From Geosiphon pyriformis uo1 (taxonomy: Eukaryota; Fungi; Glomeromycota): a stretch of 64,000 nt of DNA. This document shows, one piece after another, positions 1 to 14,113 of the stretch. Position 1 is the stretch's first letter. Each line of letters opens with the position of its first letter. The stretch lies in NCBI GenBank assembly GCA_016748015.1, contig JAAOMT010000571.1, positions 1,243,095-1,307,094 of the forward strand, written 5' to 3'. The position numbers and the translations under genes are program-made. The notes beneath the pieces were generated by a model. That model made no database searches, was not told the origin of the DNA, and saw only the letters and a list, made by a program, of their open reading frames with translations.

Positions 1-317
1 TAAAAAAAACTTATAATTTTAGATTAATAAAAAAAAATTTGAAACAAATTTTGCTAAAACAACAAAAAAAAAAGATAAATTAATTAAAATTAAACAGCTT
101 ATTATATTTATATTATATGAAAAATCAGAAATAAAAATTAAAAAAGTAATAAAAAAAAATTTTAATATTTAAGTTTTACTTAAAAACTTGTTAATTAATT
201 TTTATATAACTTACTAACTTTTTTATTATAGCTAACAAAACTTAATAAATGAAAATTTTTATAACAAATACTACTAACAAACTTGTATATATTCTAAAAA
301 ATACTATTATTAAATAC

Positions 318-1294
318 TGTTACCAAAGATTTTTCTACTTTTTTTGTTGTTGTTAATATTGTTTTATTGTTAATTCTGCTATTAATAAAAATTAATAAAT
401 CTTAATAAGCTAATTTTTCTTTTAAAGTATTTTTTATATTTTGAATTGTATGTATTGTTGGATTTATAATAAAATGACCAATTTTGTGTCAATTATTTAT
501 ATAGTTACTTTATAATAAAAGTTAATTCTTTTACAAAAAAATTTTATTTGTAAGCTTTTCAAAATATGTGTAATTACTTTGTTGTAAAAGTCAATTTTTT
601 TGCAGAAAATCTTAATTATAAACTATCTAATAATATAAAAAAAAATAAAAAATTAAAGAAAATAAATTAAAAAAAAAACAAATCAGAAATATGTTCAAAA
701 AAGTTATTTTGAATTTAAATTTAAAAGTTACAGAAATTAATAACTAATTAATTTTAATATGTTGGTATAAAATAATCAATTTCGAAGCAAAAATAATTAA
801 AAAATTTATGTTTTTTAATTGAGTTTTTATTTAAGTTAATTTGTAAAAAAAATATTTAAAAAAATTAATTTTAATTAAAATATTTAATAAAAAATACATT
901 TTCTCAAAAAAAAAAGCTCTTTTTTTATATAACTTATTGTAGTACTATTTTATAATTTAGCACTTTTTTTTCTAATATTTTAGTAAACTAAAGATATATT
1001 TTATCAAATTATAAATTATTTTTATAAATTATAGATTATTTTGATAAATTGTTAAATATTTTGTTAAATTACTAAATATTTTAATAAATTTTAAATGTTA
1101 TATAGTTTGATATATTACATAATCTGATTATTACAATTTGGTTATATTTGTGTTTTATACAATCAGAGTATTAATTGAATAATAATTTGAATAATTTGAT
1201 AAAATAAATTAAAATAATAATATATGTTAATTAATAATAAGAATTATAAAGATAATTTTATGTTAATTAATATTTTAAATTTTAATTAATAATA
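318..1294 (-). repeat. Highly degenerate solo LTR, family A-like
   Basis: Starts TGTTACCA and ends TAATAATA (decayed TGGTAACA). Collinear with LTR 14114-15109, including a decayed TTTCGGCGAA repeat block at ~980-1095. Flanks ATAC/ATAT. Confidence 0.75.
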
Positions 1295-2469
1295 ATATTT
1301 TGAAACAAAATTAAAAAATGTATTAGCATCACAAAAAATATTGAATTTTTTAAAAATTATGTTCTATTGTAAACTTATTTTAATAAATTACCAACAATTA
1401 TTAAAATACTATTAATTTATGACAAAAAAATTGGCCAAATTAAATATTAAGACAATAAATTCTAATCAACAATAATAATTAATAATATTAAATAAATAAC
1501 CAATTTATACTTTTAAGAATTACAAAAATAAGTTAAATAATACAATATTAAATTACTATATTAACTTAAAATTTAATAAAAAAATTAATTTTAATTTTGA
1601 CAAAGCTTAATTTTGAAAAAAAATATTATTATTATAATTCAAGAATATAACAAAAGAATTATAAAATAATATAAATATTTAATTATAATATAGTCCAGTA
1701 ATAATTTTAAAAAAATAATAATTAATCTAATAGTAAGCACTATTTTATAATAGCAGTAAACATTAACTTATAATAATAATAAATACCAATTAATAATAGC
1801 AACAAATATTAAATTAAAATATAAAAAAAAATATTATAATATATTTTTTTGTAAAACTACAAATATGTATATATATAGTAATTTTAATATTAAAAAAAAA
1901 CAATTTATCTAACAGTTTAATCTTGTTAGCTTTTAATTTTTTACTTTGATTATTTTTTAGTCATTACTTTTAATAAATATTCAAAAAAAATTTTAAATTA
2001 AAAAAAAATCAGAGATAATATTAAAAATTAAATTATTATAATTAAAAATATTAAAAAACTTACTTGTATTATTTACTAAATAAAATTATTATTTATTAGC
2101 TAAATCTTTTAAATAAATAATTTTTAATTAAAATTATTTATATTATTACTAATTAATAAAAACTTTATTGTAAAAATTAAAAAAAGCACTAAAAATCATT
2201 AATATTTTGTATTTTTAAATTAAAAAAACACATTAAACAATTATAAAAATATTCTCAAAAAAAACTCTTAATACAATAAGTAGATTTTAATTTAGTTTTT
2301 TAAAAAAAATACATAAACACATATAACAATTAAAAATTAAAAAATAATTTATATTATAATATTAAAAAAAAGTTTTTAATATAATATTAATATAATTATA
2401 TAAATAGAATTGAGAAATTTATAAAAAACTAATTGCAATTAAATCAAAATATTAATATTTAATATATTA

Positions 2470-2846
2470 AAAAAACTATTTTATAATAATATTTTATAAT
2501 TTAGCTTTTTTTTTAATATTTTGGTAAACTAAATATATATTTTATTAAACTATAAATTATTTTTATAAACTATTAATTATTTTAGTAAATTGTTAAATAT
2601 TTTAACAAATTTTTAAATATTTTAACAAATTTCTAAATATTTTAACAAATTTTTACTATAATATAATTTAATATATTATATAATCTAATTATTATAATTT
2701 CATTATATTTGTGTTCTTATACAAATTAAATTATTATTTAATATAATAATAAGTAATAATTTAGAATAATAATATATATTAATTAATAATAAAAATTATT
2801 AAGATAATTTTATACTAATTAATAACTTAAATTTTTGTTAATAACA
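2470..2846 (-). repeat. Truncated degenerate LTR fragment (U3 part), family A-like
   Basis: Near copy of ~915-1294; ends TAATAACA; contains the decayed 20-bp-period repeats (TTTTAACAAATT). Confidence 0.65.
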
Positions 2847-4234
2847 ATATTTATAATTAGCAAATTTGTTTTTATTAAACATTTTTTAATTATTAACAAG
2901 TCACAAAAATTGAAAATATTTTGATATTTTAAACTATAATTAAAAGATAAAATAATATATAAGTCTTTATTTTAAAAAAACCAATAGTAACAGTAAATTA
3001 ATATAATACAGATTTTTTAAAATCCAGTTTTTTTCAACAATAAAACATTTTTTATTCAAAAATATTTTTATGTTTGTTCAAAAGCTGCTTATCAAAAACA
3101 ATATTAAATTTTTTTAAAAAATTAATTACTTTATAATATAAAAATATATTTAAAATAAAAATACTATCAAAACCAAAAAAAGCAAAAAGAAAAAATTTAT
3201 CAAAAAGATATTACTATTTGACAAAATTCTAATTATATTAACCAAAAAATTATTAATAGAACTAATTTTTAATTTGATAAAAAACTATAATAAATTTTTA
3301 GATAACTAGTTAAAAATTTGTAAATTGAAAGAATAATATTTAAAAAGCTAATTAACAATGTCAAAAACATTTAAAAATGTAATTTTGTTTTTAGTTTATA
3401 TTTACTTAAAAAACTTAAAATAATATATAAAATAATAATAAAAATTTTATTTAAAATTTGTCTTATTCTTTAAATCTTTATAAATTATTATATTTTATTT
3501 CTAATATATGCTTTTAAAAACAAAGCTAAATTGAAATTTGTAGCTAATAATAAATTACAGCATAGCAAAGATCAAATATAAAAATTGTTTATTTAAAATT
3601 GTTTTTTTTAATACTATGTTAACAAAAAATTTGATATTAAAATAAACTTTAATAAAATTAGACTTTAAGAAATTATTTGTAAACAAAAAAATATTTAAAT
3701 AATAATATAATTTTTTTTGGCAATTACAATAAAAAACTAACTTATAAACAGAAAAACATTTGTAATTTAATTAATTAGAATTATTACAGTTTTAATAATA
3801 TTAAAAAATATATTATTAATTTTTAAAAATTTACTTATAATATTAAAAATATACTGTGTTATAATATAACTGTTGTTAATTTAAATAATATTATCAATAA
3901 AAACACCAATTACCAAAAACAATATAAAATTAATTTAGTTTTAAACTTTGTTTATTTTGAATATTAACTTAAATCTATATAATACTTAAAAAACTGTTTA
4001 TATATTTTTATTCTTATATAAAAAAATCATAAAAATCTATTAAAGCAAAAAAAAACTTTATTTTAATTTAAACTATTATAAACTTTATAATTATTTGTTA
4101 ATTCAAAACTAATTATAATATAATTAATTTTATTATCATAGATATTACCAAAAAACCCAATAAATTTATATATTTTGATTTTTTATAAATTATTTATTAA
4201 ATAAGACCAACTAACTAAGTTATACGTTTTATAT

Positions 4235-5127
4235 TGTTATTCAAGTAAAAAAATAATTAAAAACTTATTAGAAAAAAATACAAAAATTATGTAATAATAT
4301 GAAAAAAACATAATAATATAAGATAATACAAAATAATATAAAATAATACAAAATAATGTAAAATAACTTAAAATAATACAAAATATTTAGTAATAATATA
4401 AAATAGTTAATTATAATAGAAAAAAACAAAACAATAGCTAAAAAAATAAGTAATAAATAGCAATAATAAGCAATTAAAAACAATTTTTATTTATTATATT
4501 CTAAATTTATTAAATAAAATATTATTGTATAATTTACAAGTATATAATTTTAATACTTTAATTGTTAAAAACTAATTAATTGCTTTTGCTTATTTTTGTT
4601 TTAAACCAGATATTTTTAGCATAAATGCTTTTGAAATCTTAATAACTTAAACTAATTACTCTTAATTACAATAATTAATAAGATACTAATTTCTATTTTC
4701 TTTTTTTTTCTTTTTTTTTATTTTTTTTATTTTTATTTTTTTATTTTTTGTAAAGTGATAATATTGAAAATTAATTGTTTAAAATAGACTTTGTAATAGT
4801 CTGGTAAAAAAAAATGCTCTTTTTAAGTTTGAATATTAACTTTATTTTGTTAGCTTATCAAAAGAGTAAAAAATCAAGCTAAATTCTAATAATTATACTT
4901 ACTAGTTTGAAAAAAAACACAACTATAATAATACAATTAAAAAAACAGCAATTTTATATTTTATAATAAAAAGATTTAATAAGTAGAATTTCAAACAGAA
5001 AAATATTCAAAGATTAATAATTATTTTTAATACCAAAATAATTTTAGCTAAAAATTAATCTGCTTTTTATACCAAATTTACAAATACTAAATATTACTAT
5101 TATATTTTATCAATTTAATCTGTAATA
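4235..5127 (+). repeat. Highly degenerate solo LTR, family B-like
   Basis: TGTTATTCA...TGTAATA termini, ATAT on both flanks. Internal blocks (TAAGATACTAAT + T-tract; TAGTCTGGTAAAA; TAGCTTATCA) match LTR 51410-52335. Short tandem repeats at ~4320-4400. Confidence 0.65.
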
Positions 5128-5680
5128 ATATATATTTTACAAAACTAGCCAAAGTTTATGATTTTTTTTTAAAGTATTTTTTACTAATATATTTATTGTA
5201 AAAATTAATAAAAAATAAATATGTCTTTTAAAACTAAAAAATTATTATTACAAAAAATATTAAACTTATTGCAAACTACTAAGCTATAATTTAATAGCAA
5301 TTTCTGAACAGTTTTAATAGATTTATCAAATAAGTATTAATAAAACCATTTTTTTAATTATATAATTTAAGAATTATTAAAACCTATATATATTTTTATT
5401 AAGTAAATACTTCTAAAGTTAAATAAAAATTCAGCAAATTTAAAATTAAATTAATGATATTATTATTATTATAATACTTTTAAAATTTATTTTAGATATC
5501 AAAAAACTTAGCAGCTTTGCTATTAAACAGATTTTTAATAATTGTTAAAATTTATTATAGACAATTTAGTTTATTATATCTGTAAAAATATTATTATTAT
5601 ACATAATTTAAAAAAATATATTAATATTACTAAGAATAAGATAAGTTATTATAAATAATCTTATAATTAGTATTAATAAA

Positions 5681-7121
5681 CTCAGGTTGGCTCTGATAGT
5701 TTGTCTGTTTATATAAATGATTCTCTTAAAAATTTGGGCACGATTGGGTGTCAGACTGGTGTTGCTGCCTTTTTTAAGGACATTAATTTGGGTTTGGGTA
5801 TTAGTGTTCATGGTTTGGTATCATCTACTTTGGCAAAGTTACAGGCTATCACCTTGACCCTGGAGTGTATACCCAAGTCTCACTCTGTTTGCTTGTTTTC
5901 AGATAGTTAAGCTGTTTTGGATGCTTGTAAATCAGAGCTAAATCTGATGTATTCTGACTTTCGCAATCAGTGTTGGGTCAAGTGTTGGCATATCAGTAAT
6001 ATTATTTGCAGCAAAAACTTAAGGGTCATCTGGCACAAGGTCAAGAGCCACTCTGGCATTTTGGGGAATAACTGTGCTGACAGTCTTGCTGACGCTACTT
6101 CTCTTCTGGATGGTTCCTTTTTCTTTGTGTGGGTGAATATTTTTTGGTAGCCAATGGTAATACAGTCTCTGATAATTCTAGGTACTTTGTTTGGGATGTG
6201 TTTTGTGCTGTCTGTCATATGCGTTGGAAAATTGGTTCTGGTTCTGGTTTTTTGGTGGGTGGTTTGCTTTCAGATGTCAATTGGCTCAGCTCTTTCTGGG
6301 TATGGCACTCTAATTTGCATATGGCCATAGGTTTTACTAATAGGTGTACTGTTGATACTTGTACCTACTTTATGAAGGCTTTGTACTGTTAGCTTCTTAT
6401 AGCTGTTCGAAAACACCTTTATGATAAGTGTTATTCCAGTATTCTATGCTTGTATTGTGGAGAGGTGAAAATGTTTGATCATGTGTTTTCTTGCATGATC
6501 AATATTTCTGCTTGTCACAAGATTTTGGAGTCCTGTACATTCTCTTGGAGGGATTTTTCTGGTTATTTTCTTCCTCTTTCGAGTGTTTTGCAGCTGTTGT
6601 CAGTCTGTGCTTTGGATTTTTTGGTGTTCTCAGCTTTTTTCAAGAGTTTTGTTTTCAATGGGTGGTTCTCGGAGGCTGTTTCTGTTTTCAATGATTCCAA
6701 AGTAGCTAAGATTAAAGTTGCTGAGTTTGTGTACTCTCTTTGTCTTACTTTCAGAGATGATATTTGGGTGGTTCATGTTAAGCATCACACCTTTATGAAA
6801 AAACATGGGCTGATCCCAATAGATGATTTTGCTCTTGTTTCAGTTTCTGGCTCAGCTTTGAAGTTTTCAGCTGGTGTGGTTAAATTGCTTGGGATTTCTG
6901 AGGCTTTTGGTATTCATTTTGGCTTTTGCAAATCTTGTTTTTTTTTTTAGGTGTTGGTATCTTGGTTTCAGTTAATATAACTGCATAGTATTGTTCTGAC
7001 TGGTTTGAGTAGCTGGTCATGTGTAGTAAATGCATGATTCACACTTAGTTTAGATTATTTCTTTGATGTATAGTTCTAAGTAGTATTTGGACTTCGCTCA
7101 TTAAGTGTTAATAAAAAAAAA
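5681..7121 (+). mobile_element. 5'-truncated non-LTR retrotransposon (LINE): RNase H, C-terminal Zn finger, 3' UTR, poly(A)
   Basis: SVYINDSL, LAKLQAI, LFSDS and WHKVKSHSGILGNNCAD RNase H motifs; CLYCGEVKMFDHVFSC; 3' UTR shared with the other LINEs; A-tail 7113-7121; possible TSD AAACTCA. Confidence 0.9.
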
Positions 7122-8514
7122 CTCAAAAACTCAAAAACTTTATATATATTATAATTTAAAATAGGTTATAATTAATAATTTACTAATAAAAATATAATTA
7201 ATAATTTTATAAGTTCTATAAAAATTGTATTATCATAGAATTTTAATTAATAAACTGTTAATTAAAAAATTAAACAAACTTAAATTAGTGTACTTTTTAA
7301 AATTAATATTCTAATAGATATTATTTTTATTAAAATTTTTATTTAAAATTACAAATATACTATTGTTTACAGTTTAAACAATAAAAAATTAATGATTAAA
7401 GCTTAATTTAATCTAGTTTTAACAGAAGTATTAATATATAATTTAAAAATTAAAACCAAAAAATTATTTTTAAAAAGCAAAAAAAATTATTCTAAAATTT
7501 TTAATATCTTAAATATATATTTGGCCAAAGTATTATTTATAATAATTGTAATATTTACATTCAAAAAACCAGAATTTAACTCTAAAATAAATACACAAAT
7601 TTTATTAAATTTATTTATAATATATAACTTAATACTAGCTTTTAATTTTATTTTTATAATAATTAAAATCATATTTTTTGATTCTTTATATTAATAAAAT
7701 AATGTTATTTTGTTTAGCAAAGGTGCTTAAATTCTGAATACTATATGTTATAAATTTTAATATAAGATTAGTTATTGAAAAATAAATATAAAAAATACTA
7801 AAATCAGTACATAAAAAATTAAATTTTGTTAAAATTATATTTATCAAGCTTTTAAGTATTATTATATTAGATTTTAAACTGCTAATTTTAACAGTAAAAA
7901 TTTTGAAACTGCTATAACTTAAAAATAAAAAATATTAATTATATTAATTAGAAAAAAAAAGAATATACTTAAAATATTTATGATCATATTTAAATTAGCA
8001 ATATTTAAAGAATTTTTTTTAAAGAAAGAAACAATAAAAATAAAAAAAACCAATAAAAATATGTTTATTTTGTAAGAAATTTCAGAGATTTAATCTGTTA
8101 ATAACTTTAAAAAACATTTAAAAATACTTAAACAAATATTTATTAAAAAAATTTATAATAAAAAATAATAATAGCAATATCTAAAATAAAAAAATTATAG
8201 AAATACAAACCAAAAAAAGCATTAAAATAATTATTGTCAATTATTTAAATTCAAAACAAATTATTAAATAAAACTAATTAAGCAATAAAAATAGCTTTTT
8301 TAGTATAAATGACAAATAATTTAAATTTATTTATATTTAAAAAAATTTTTTGGTTTTAAAATTATAAACTGAAAAAACATAACCAAAATTTTTACACATT
8401 AAACAAAAAAATAACTCTAATTTCGCCTATTTTAAATTAAAATCTTTAAGAATTAAAATAATAAATAAAACTATCAAAAAACTATTTTTAAATTTAAAAC
8501 ACATTGTAATACAT

Positions 8515-8536
8515 TATATATATATATATATATATA
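8515..8536. repeat. (TA)11 microsatellite
   Basis: Directly visible. Confidence 0.9.
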
Positions 8537-9719
8537 ATTAAATAATAATTAATTATATATCAATTAATTTTAAAAAGTTTTACAAGTTATATGCAGTTGT
8601 CTCTATTAATAAAATATAAAACAAAATATTATATTTGTTTTTAATATTTTATAATATTTTGTTAATATTGGTTTTGGTTATTTAAACTATATTTTTTTTT
8701 AATAAAAATAAACTACTTAGAAACCAATAAATTAGTTTGTTTTTAATTATTAAATTTTATCAAAACTTTTTGTCATAGTTTTATTAATTATATTTTAATT
8801 GATCTAATATTTTTAAACTTAATTAATACAATATATACAATTATTAATGTTTTTATAAAAAATTTTTTAATTATTAAGTCTAATTTATATAATTATTTAT
8901 TGGTTTTTTAAAATTAGTATTTACTTTAATTTGTTAATTTTGGTTAAATTTACAGCTTTTATTATATTAAATTTGAACATAAAAGTTACATAAATAATTT
9001 CACCAAATTTTAAAAAAGTATATGTTTTTTTAAAATTATTCATATTTAAAAACAGTTTATAAACCAATTTTAATTTTTTCTGAGAAAAATTTCTATTAAC
9101 TGCTAAAATATTGATATTTAAAGCATAAAACTTTTTAATAAACAATACTAATTTTAAGAAAAAAATAAAAAAAAGAAGATATCATATTTTTTTTATGTTA
9201 TAATTTAAAGATTTAAGAAACAAATTATTTATTATATTAATATTAATTTTTTTTGCTTTAAAAATATTAGTTATAAAATTAAAATAACTTTTGTTTTTAT
9301 TATTAAATTTGTAATTACTTTCAATTAAAAAAATACTGCTGTTTCTATTATTTAATTTAGCTTTATATTAAAAAACATACTAATATTACTAAAAAAATTA
9401 TTTAATAACATATTTTTTTATTATCTAAATATTTAATATTATTAATAAAAATATATTGTTTTTGAAAAAAAAATCATTAATAAAATCATAAAAAAATCTT
9501 TTAACTATTTTTTTTTAAACATATTATTACTTAAAATAGTTGTTAAATTTATTATAAAAAGTTATTTTATTTTTATTATGTTTTAATAAAGTGTACTAAA
9601 AAACTATCTAATATAATATATTAAACTAAGTAACTTAAATTAAATATTAATTATGTATTTTCTATATGTGATCAACCATCCAAGTTAATCAAAGCACTAA
9701 TTAAACTAAATCAAAAAAA

Positions 9720-12700
9720 ACTAGAAAAAATTTAGCTTATTAAGTTTCTTAATAATACTATTTAAATTTCTATAATTAAAATTAACTTACTTAAAAACAG
9801 TTTAATTTTTTAATATTATTTTTAACTTTAAAACTACATATTTATTATAAAGTGATTATATAATTACATGTTTTTTATTCAAAGAATATGTTTTAATAAT
9901 ACTTAAATCATTATTATTTATGTTATTAAATTCAATCTTAATTTAAAACTAGCAAAGTTTTTAAACACACTAATCAAAAAAAACAAAGCTCTAAAAAATA
10001 TTACATATAGTAAGCAGATTTTTTTTAATTTTGTAATTTTTGTATATATTTTTAAATAAAAGAAAAATTACCAAAACAATCAAAAAACCAATTAGTTTAA
10101 TAATAAACTTTACTAAAACAACTAAGCTCAAAATTTGAGATTTTAATAAGTCTAACTTAGACTTAAAAACAGAATTAACAATAAAAGCAGCCAAAAAAGC
10201 AGTAAAAAAAAGAATTAAAAAAACAAAAGCTATAACATAAGATTTATTATTAATAACGGATAATATAAAAGACCAAAAGTTAACAATAAACTTAAAAAAC
10301 AACTTGAAAAAAAGAGATAAAAATACCTTATAATTAACAAACAAGTGGTCCAAATTCTGGTATCTATAATAATAGTAACATTTAAGAAGTTTTTACCAAA
10401 TATAATACTTATATAGAGTACTAATTTTTGTCATAGCAAGTTTTAACAACTTACAAGACTCAAAAGTAACAATAATAAAGTATTGATAATAATAAAATTT
10501 CAGAAAACAAAAAATAAAACAAGTATAACTATTAATTTAAAAAATTATATTACTAATTTTAAAAACAGTATAATTGAAAAAAAAATTGATTAATTTGGCT
10601 TTGAAAATTTTTTAAGATAATAATTTCTTTTTGATTAAGAAGAAAAAAATCCAAATACTGTTTTTTTATTAATACAAACTAGTTACTAAAAACAGCAGCA
10701 GCAAAATTTTTTTTAAAATTAACAATAATATATTACTATAGACTTTAATTTAACAGAAATAATAACACCAAAAATACCAAAAGTATTTTTTTTATTAAAG
10801 TTTAATAAATACAGTCCAATTGCTATTTAATATACAGAAACAAAATTAAAAGTTTTAGTTAAATGTAATTTACACTCTTTTTACATGTGGCCAGTTACTC
10901 AAACTAATTAAAAACATGCTATATTAATGCTTTAGAAGAAAACTTATTCAAAAAAGACATTTTTTAAACAACTTTAAACAATATAGTATTATTAAAAATT
11001 AAGCCTACTAATTAGCTAACTGTTTTAAAGGCATTAAACTTAATATTAGCTGGTTCATATTTCAAAAGTAATAATAAATTAGAAAATATATTATTAATAA
11101 TAACAAACAAATCCATATAGAGACCAAATATATTAATGTCCTTATAATTACACTTATTTTTTAGAACAATCATATTTCACTTTAGTTTACCTATAGTTTT
11201 GCTAAAAGTACCCATATGTACTAAGATCTTATTGACTTTAAAACTAAGAACACTGCTTAATATAAGATTACTTTAAACAAATTACTTAAACATAATAACT
11301 AATATACCAATAGGCTAAACAATCAAATTAACCAAAGTTAATAAGTTAACCAAATCAGATTTCAGAAATACCAGCAGAAAAAAAATCAAAGAATTATTAA
11401 CAACTACAGAAAAAAAAGCAAAAACCACCAAAAAAAAAAATCCAAAAAAATCTAGAAAAGCAAATATCTTAACATAAAAAATATTATTTACAAATTATGG
11501 TTTGAACATTTTGAAAGTTTTGAAAAAAAAAAGTGAAGAAACTTTACAGTTTACAGCCAGATAGTTTATTTTTTGACACCTAAAACAGTGCTAACAACCA
11601 GAAGTTTTTTATTAGATACAGCATTTTCTTAGTATATTAGTCTTAAAAACTATAGTATTTAAGTCAATCTAAGATTTAAATATAACCAAGCAAACTGAAA
11701 ACAATAATCAAAATTAAGAAAATAAGAAATAAAACATGTTCAATCACCAATCTGAAAAATTATATTATTGATTTTAAAAGCAGTACAGTCAGAAGAAAGA
11801 TTGATCAACTTGGTTTTAAATCTATTATAAAACAAAATAGTTTCATTTTGATTTACCAAGAAAAAGATCTCAACACTATTTTTATTCATCAAAATTAACC
11901 AATAATTTAAAACAGATACAGCAAAGTCTAATTTATTAAAATAAACAACCACATATTGTCAAATACTAATAGGTTTTAGCATAACATAGCAAACACACCA
12001 AAAGCTGTTTTAATAACTAATAATAGTTTTCTAAGCACTATCAATAATTGTACTAAAAATCAATAAGAAAGATGTTTTAGTTTTTATCTGGTCAGTTCAA
12101 TTCTTAAAAACAGATAACTCCATAAAAAATAGTTGTTTTGCTTATAAAATTAGTGAAAATCTGTTAAAAAACACCACATTTGACAATACAACCAGTAGTT
12201 AATTTTGGTCTATTTTCAAATAATATGCTAGATAATACAACAGAAATTTTATCTAAAATCTTATTAAAAATTACAAAAGGGTTTGGTGTAACAATAACAA
12301 AAATAAATAACTGTTTCCACTTTTTTGAATCTTTGGTTTTTTTGATCATTTTTTTGAAAAAATAGTACCAGCAACACTAGATATAAAAGCTATAAAAAAA
12401 AAAACCAGTTTGTTAACTAATTTGTTATTAAAAAATTTTGGGCTTTTAAAAAAAATAAAGACAATACTAAAATTAACTTAAGTATGTCTCTTTGAAAAAA
12501 CTTTAACTGAAAAAAAGTTAGTCAAAGATAAAAAAAATGCTTTGGTAGTTATTAAAAGCAGTCTTTTATTATTAATATTTAAAGAAAAAGCTTTCAAAAT
12601 ATTTTGTTTAGCAGCTTTTATAATAAAAAGTACTTCTTTAATTAAAACTTTATTAAGTATTTTAAAAAAAATAATAAGTGCAGCTTTTTTACTTTTTGTT

Positions 12701-13724
12701 ATAATTATGGTCATAAAATTAAGAAGACAAAAAGTGTTAAATATACAAAAGTATTTTTAATATTATTAAAAAATATATCAAAAAAAAACATTATAAAATA
12801 TAATAGAAGTGGAAAGAAGAAAACCAGAAACCATTACAAAAGATTTAGCAATTTTAAATATGATTAAAAAGTGAAAACTATTAATAAAAACTTTAATAAT
12901 AGTAACCAAAAAAATCTTAAAAGCAAATTTCACATAAAATAATTTAATATTGTTTTTAAAAATTAACTTAAATCCAACAAAGCCAAATAATAAATAAAAC
13001 AAAAAATTAATTAAGACCAATTTAATTTTAAAAATAGAATTAGACACCAAAGTAGAAGTTATCTATTTAAAAAATTTTTAATAATTAAAAATTGATTTTT
13101 AAATATTACTAAAGACAGCACCAAAAAACAAAAAAAATTAATTTAGTTTTTATTTAATCAGCCCAATTTTTAAGATTAAGTAATTTAATAAGCTATTTTG
13201 CTTTTAAAACTGGTAATGATTTACTAAAAAACACAATATTTAACAATATAGCCAGTAGTTAATCTTGGCTCATTATAAAAAATATGCTATTATTATTATT
13301 GTTTACATTAAAAAGAAAATTGATTGCTGTTAAAAAAATCTTATATAAGATTTTATTTGAAATTACAAAGAAGTTTGATATAACAATAATAAACACAAAC
13401 ATTTATTGTTGTTTTTTTTGAATTTTTGGCTGTTTTGGTTATTTATAAAGAAAAAATAGTGGTATTAATAATGATAGCAGAAAAAACCAGCTTGTTAACT
13501 GGTCTATTGTTAAATATTTTTGAACTTTTAAAAAGAATAAAAACAATATTGAAACTAATTCAAGTGTATTTTTTAAAAAAAATTTTGATTATAAAAAAAC
13601 TACTAATTAAAGATAAAAAAAATGTTTTAGAAATCATTAAAAACAGCTTTTTATTACTAATTTTTAAAAAAAAATTTTCAAAACATTTTATTTAGTTGTT
13701 TTAACAATAAAAAGACACTTTTTT
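9720..13724 (-). pseudogene. Fossil LINE ORF1 / start-of-ORF2 remnants of a second LINE family, at least two copies
   Basis: ORF1-like decayed peptides (9991-10353, 11740-11952). Segment ~12170-12650 recurs diverged at ~13230-13718. The second copy continues at 61746-61850 beyond the younger LINE insertion. Confidence 0.55.
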
Positions 13725-13854
13725 TTTTTTATTACGTTTAACAAATGAAGTCCAAACACTACCTAGAACAATACATCAATGAAATGATCTAAACTAAGTG
13801 TGAATCATGCACTTAACCACATGTGACCAGCCACTCGAGCCAGTCAGGACAACA

Positions 13855-14113
13855 CTACACAACTATATTAACAGAAACCATGTCACCAATATCTGAAAAA
13901 AACAAACAAGACTTGTAAAAGCCAAAAAGGATGCCAAAGGCTTTAGTAACACCAAGCAATTTAATCACACCAGATGACAACCTCAAAACCGAACCAAAAA
14001 CTGGGATGGAAATTGATCCATCTGCTGGGATCAGACTATTCTTTTCCATAAAAGCACAATACTTGGTACAGACCAACCAAATATTATTCCTAAAAGCAGA
14101 GCATAGAGAGTGC
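13855..14113 (-). pseudogene. Host LINE ORF2, C-terminal fragment
   Basis: Homologous to the C-termini of 6450-6950 and 62127-62327. Confidence 0.85.

Larger units (their letters stand above)
1295..9650 (-). pseudogene. Fossil LINE(s), heavily AT-eroded: RNase H/RT/APE (ORF2) and ORF1 remnants, interrupted by later insertions
   Basis: Residual peptide matches to the better-preserved LINE in this window: 7487-7672 resembles APE (NKFDGVRVFTSGLDSG...IIMNSSLAKHV); 8921-9145 resembles ORF1 (KSFALDINL...FSQEKL...KFGGVIRAIF); ~3300-3360 resembles ILGHLFSHRSHDLQ; ~5290-5350 resembles the RT IALIETARKI block. Boundaries approximate. Confidence 0.55.

Noticed and set aside
4268-4483. Hydrophobic I/L/F/Y-rich ORF suggesting a membrane protein (also others in 7.4-13.7 kb)
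   Set aside because: Translations of AT-eroded LTR repeats or LINE relics, not genes.
1-13700. Bacterial endosymbiont or mitochondrial origin of the AT-rich block
   Set aside because: No gene-dense coding, rRNA or tRNA signal; recognisable LTR and LINE relics explain it.
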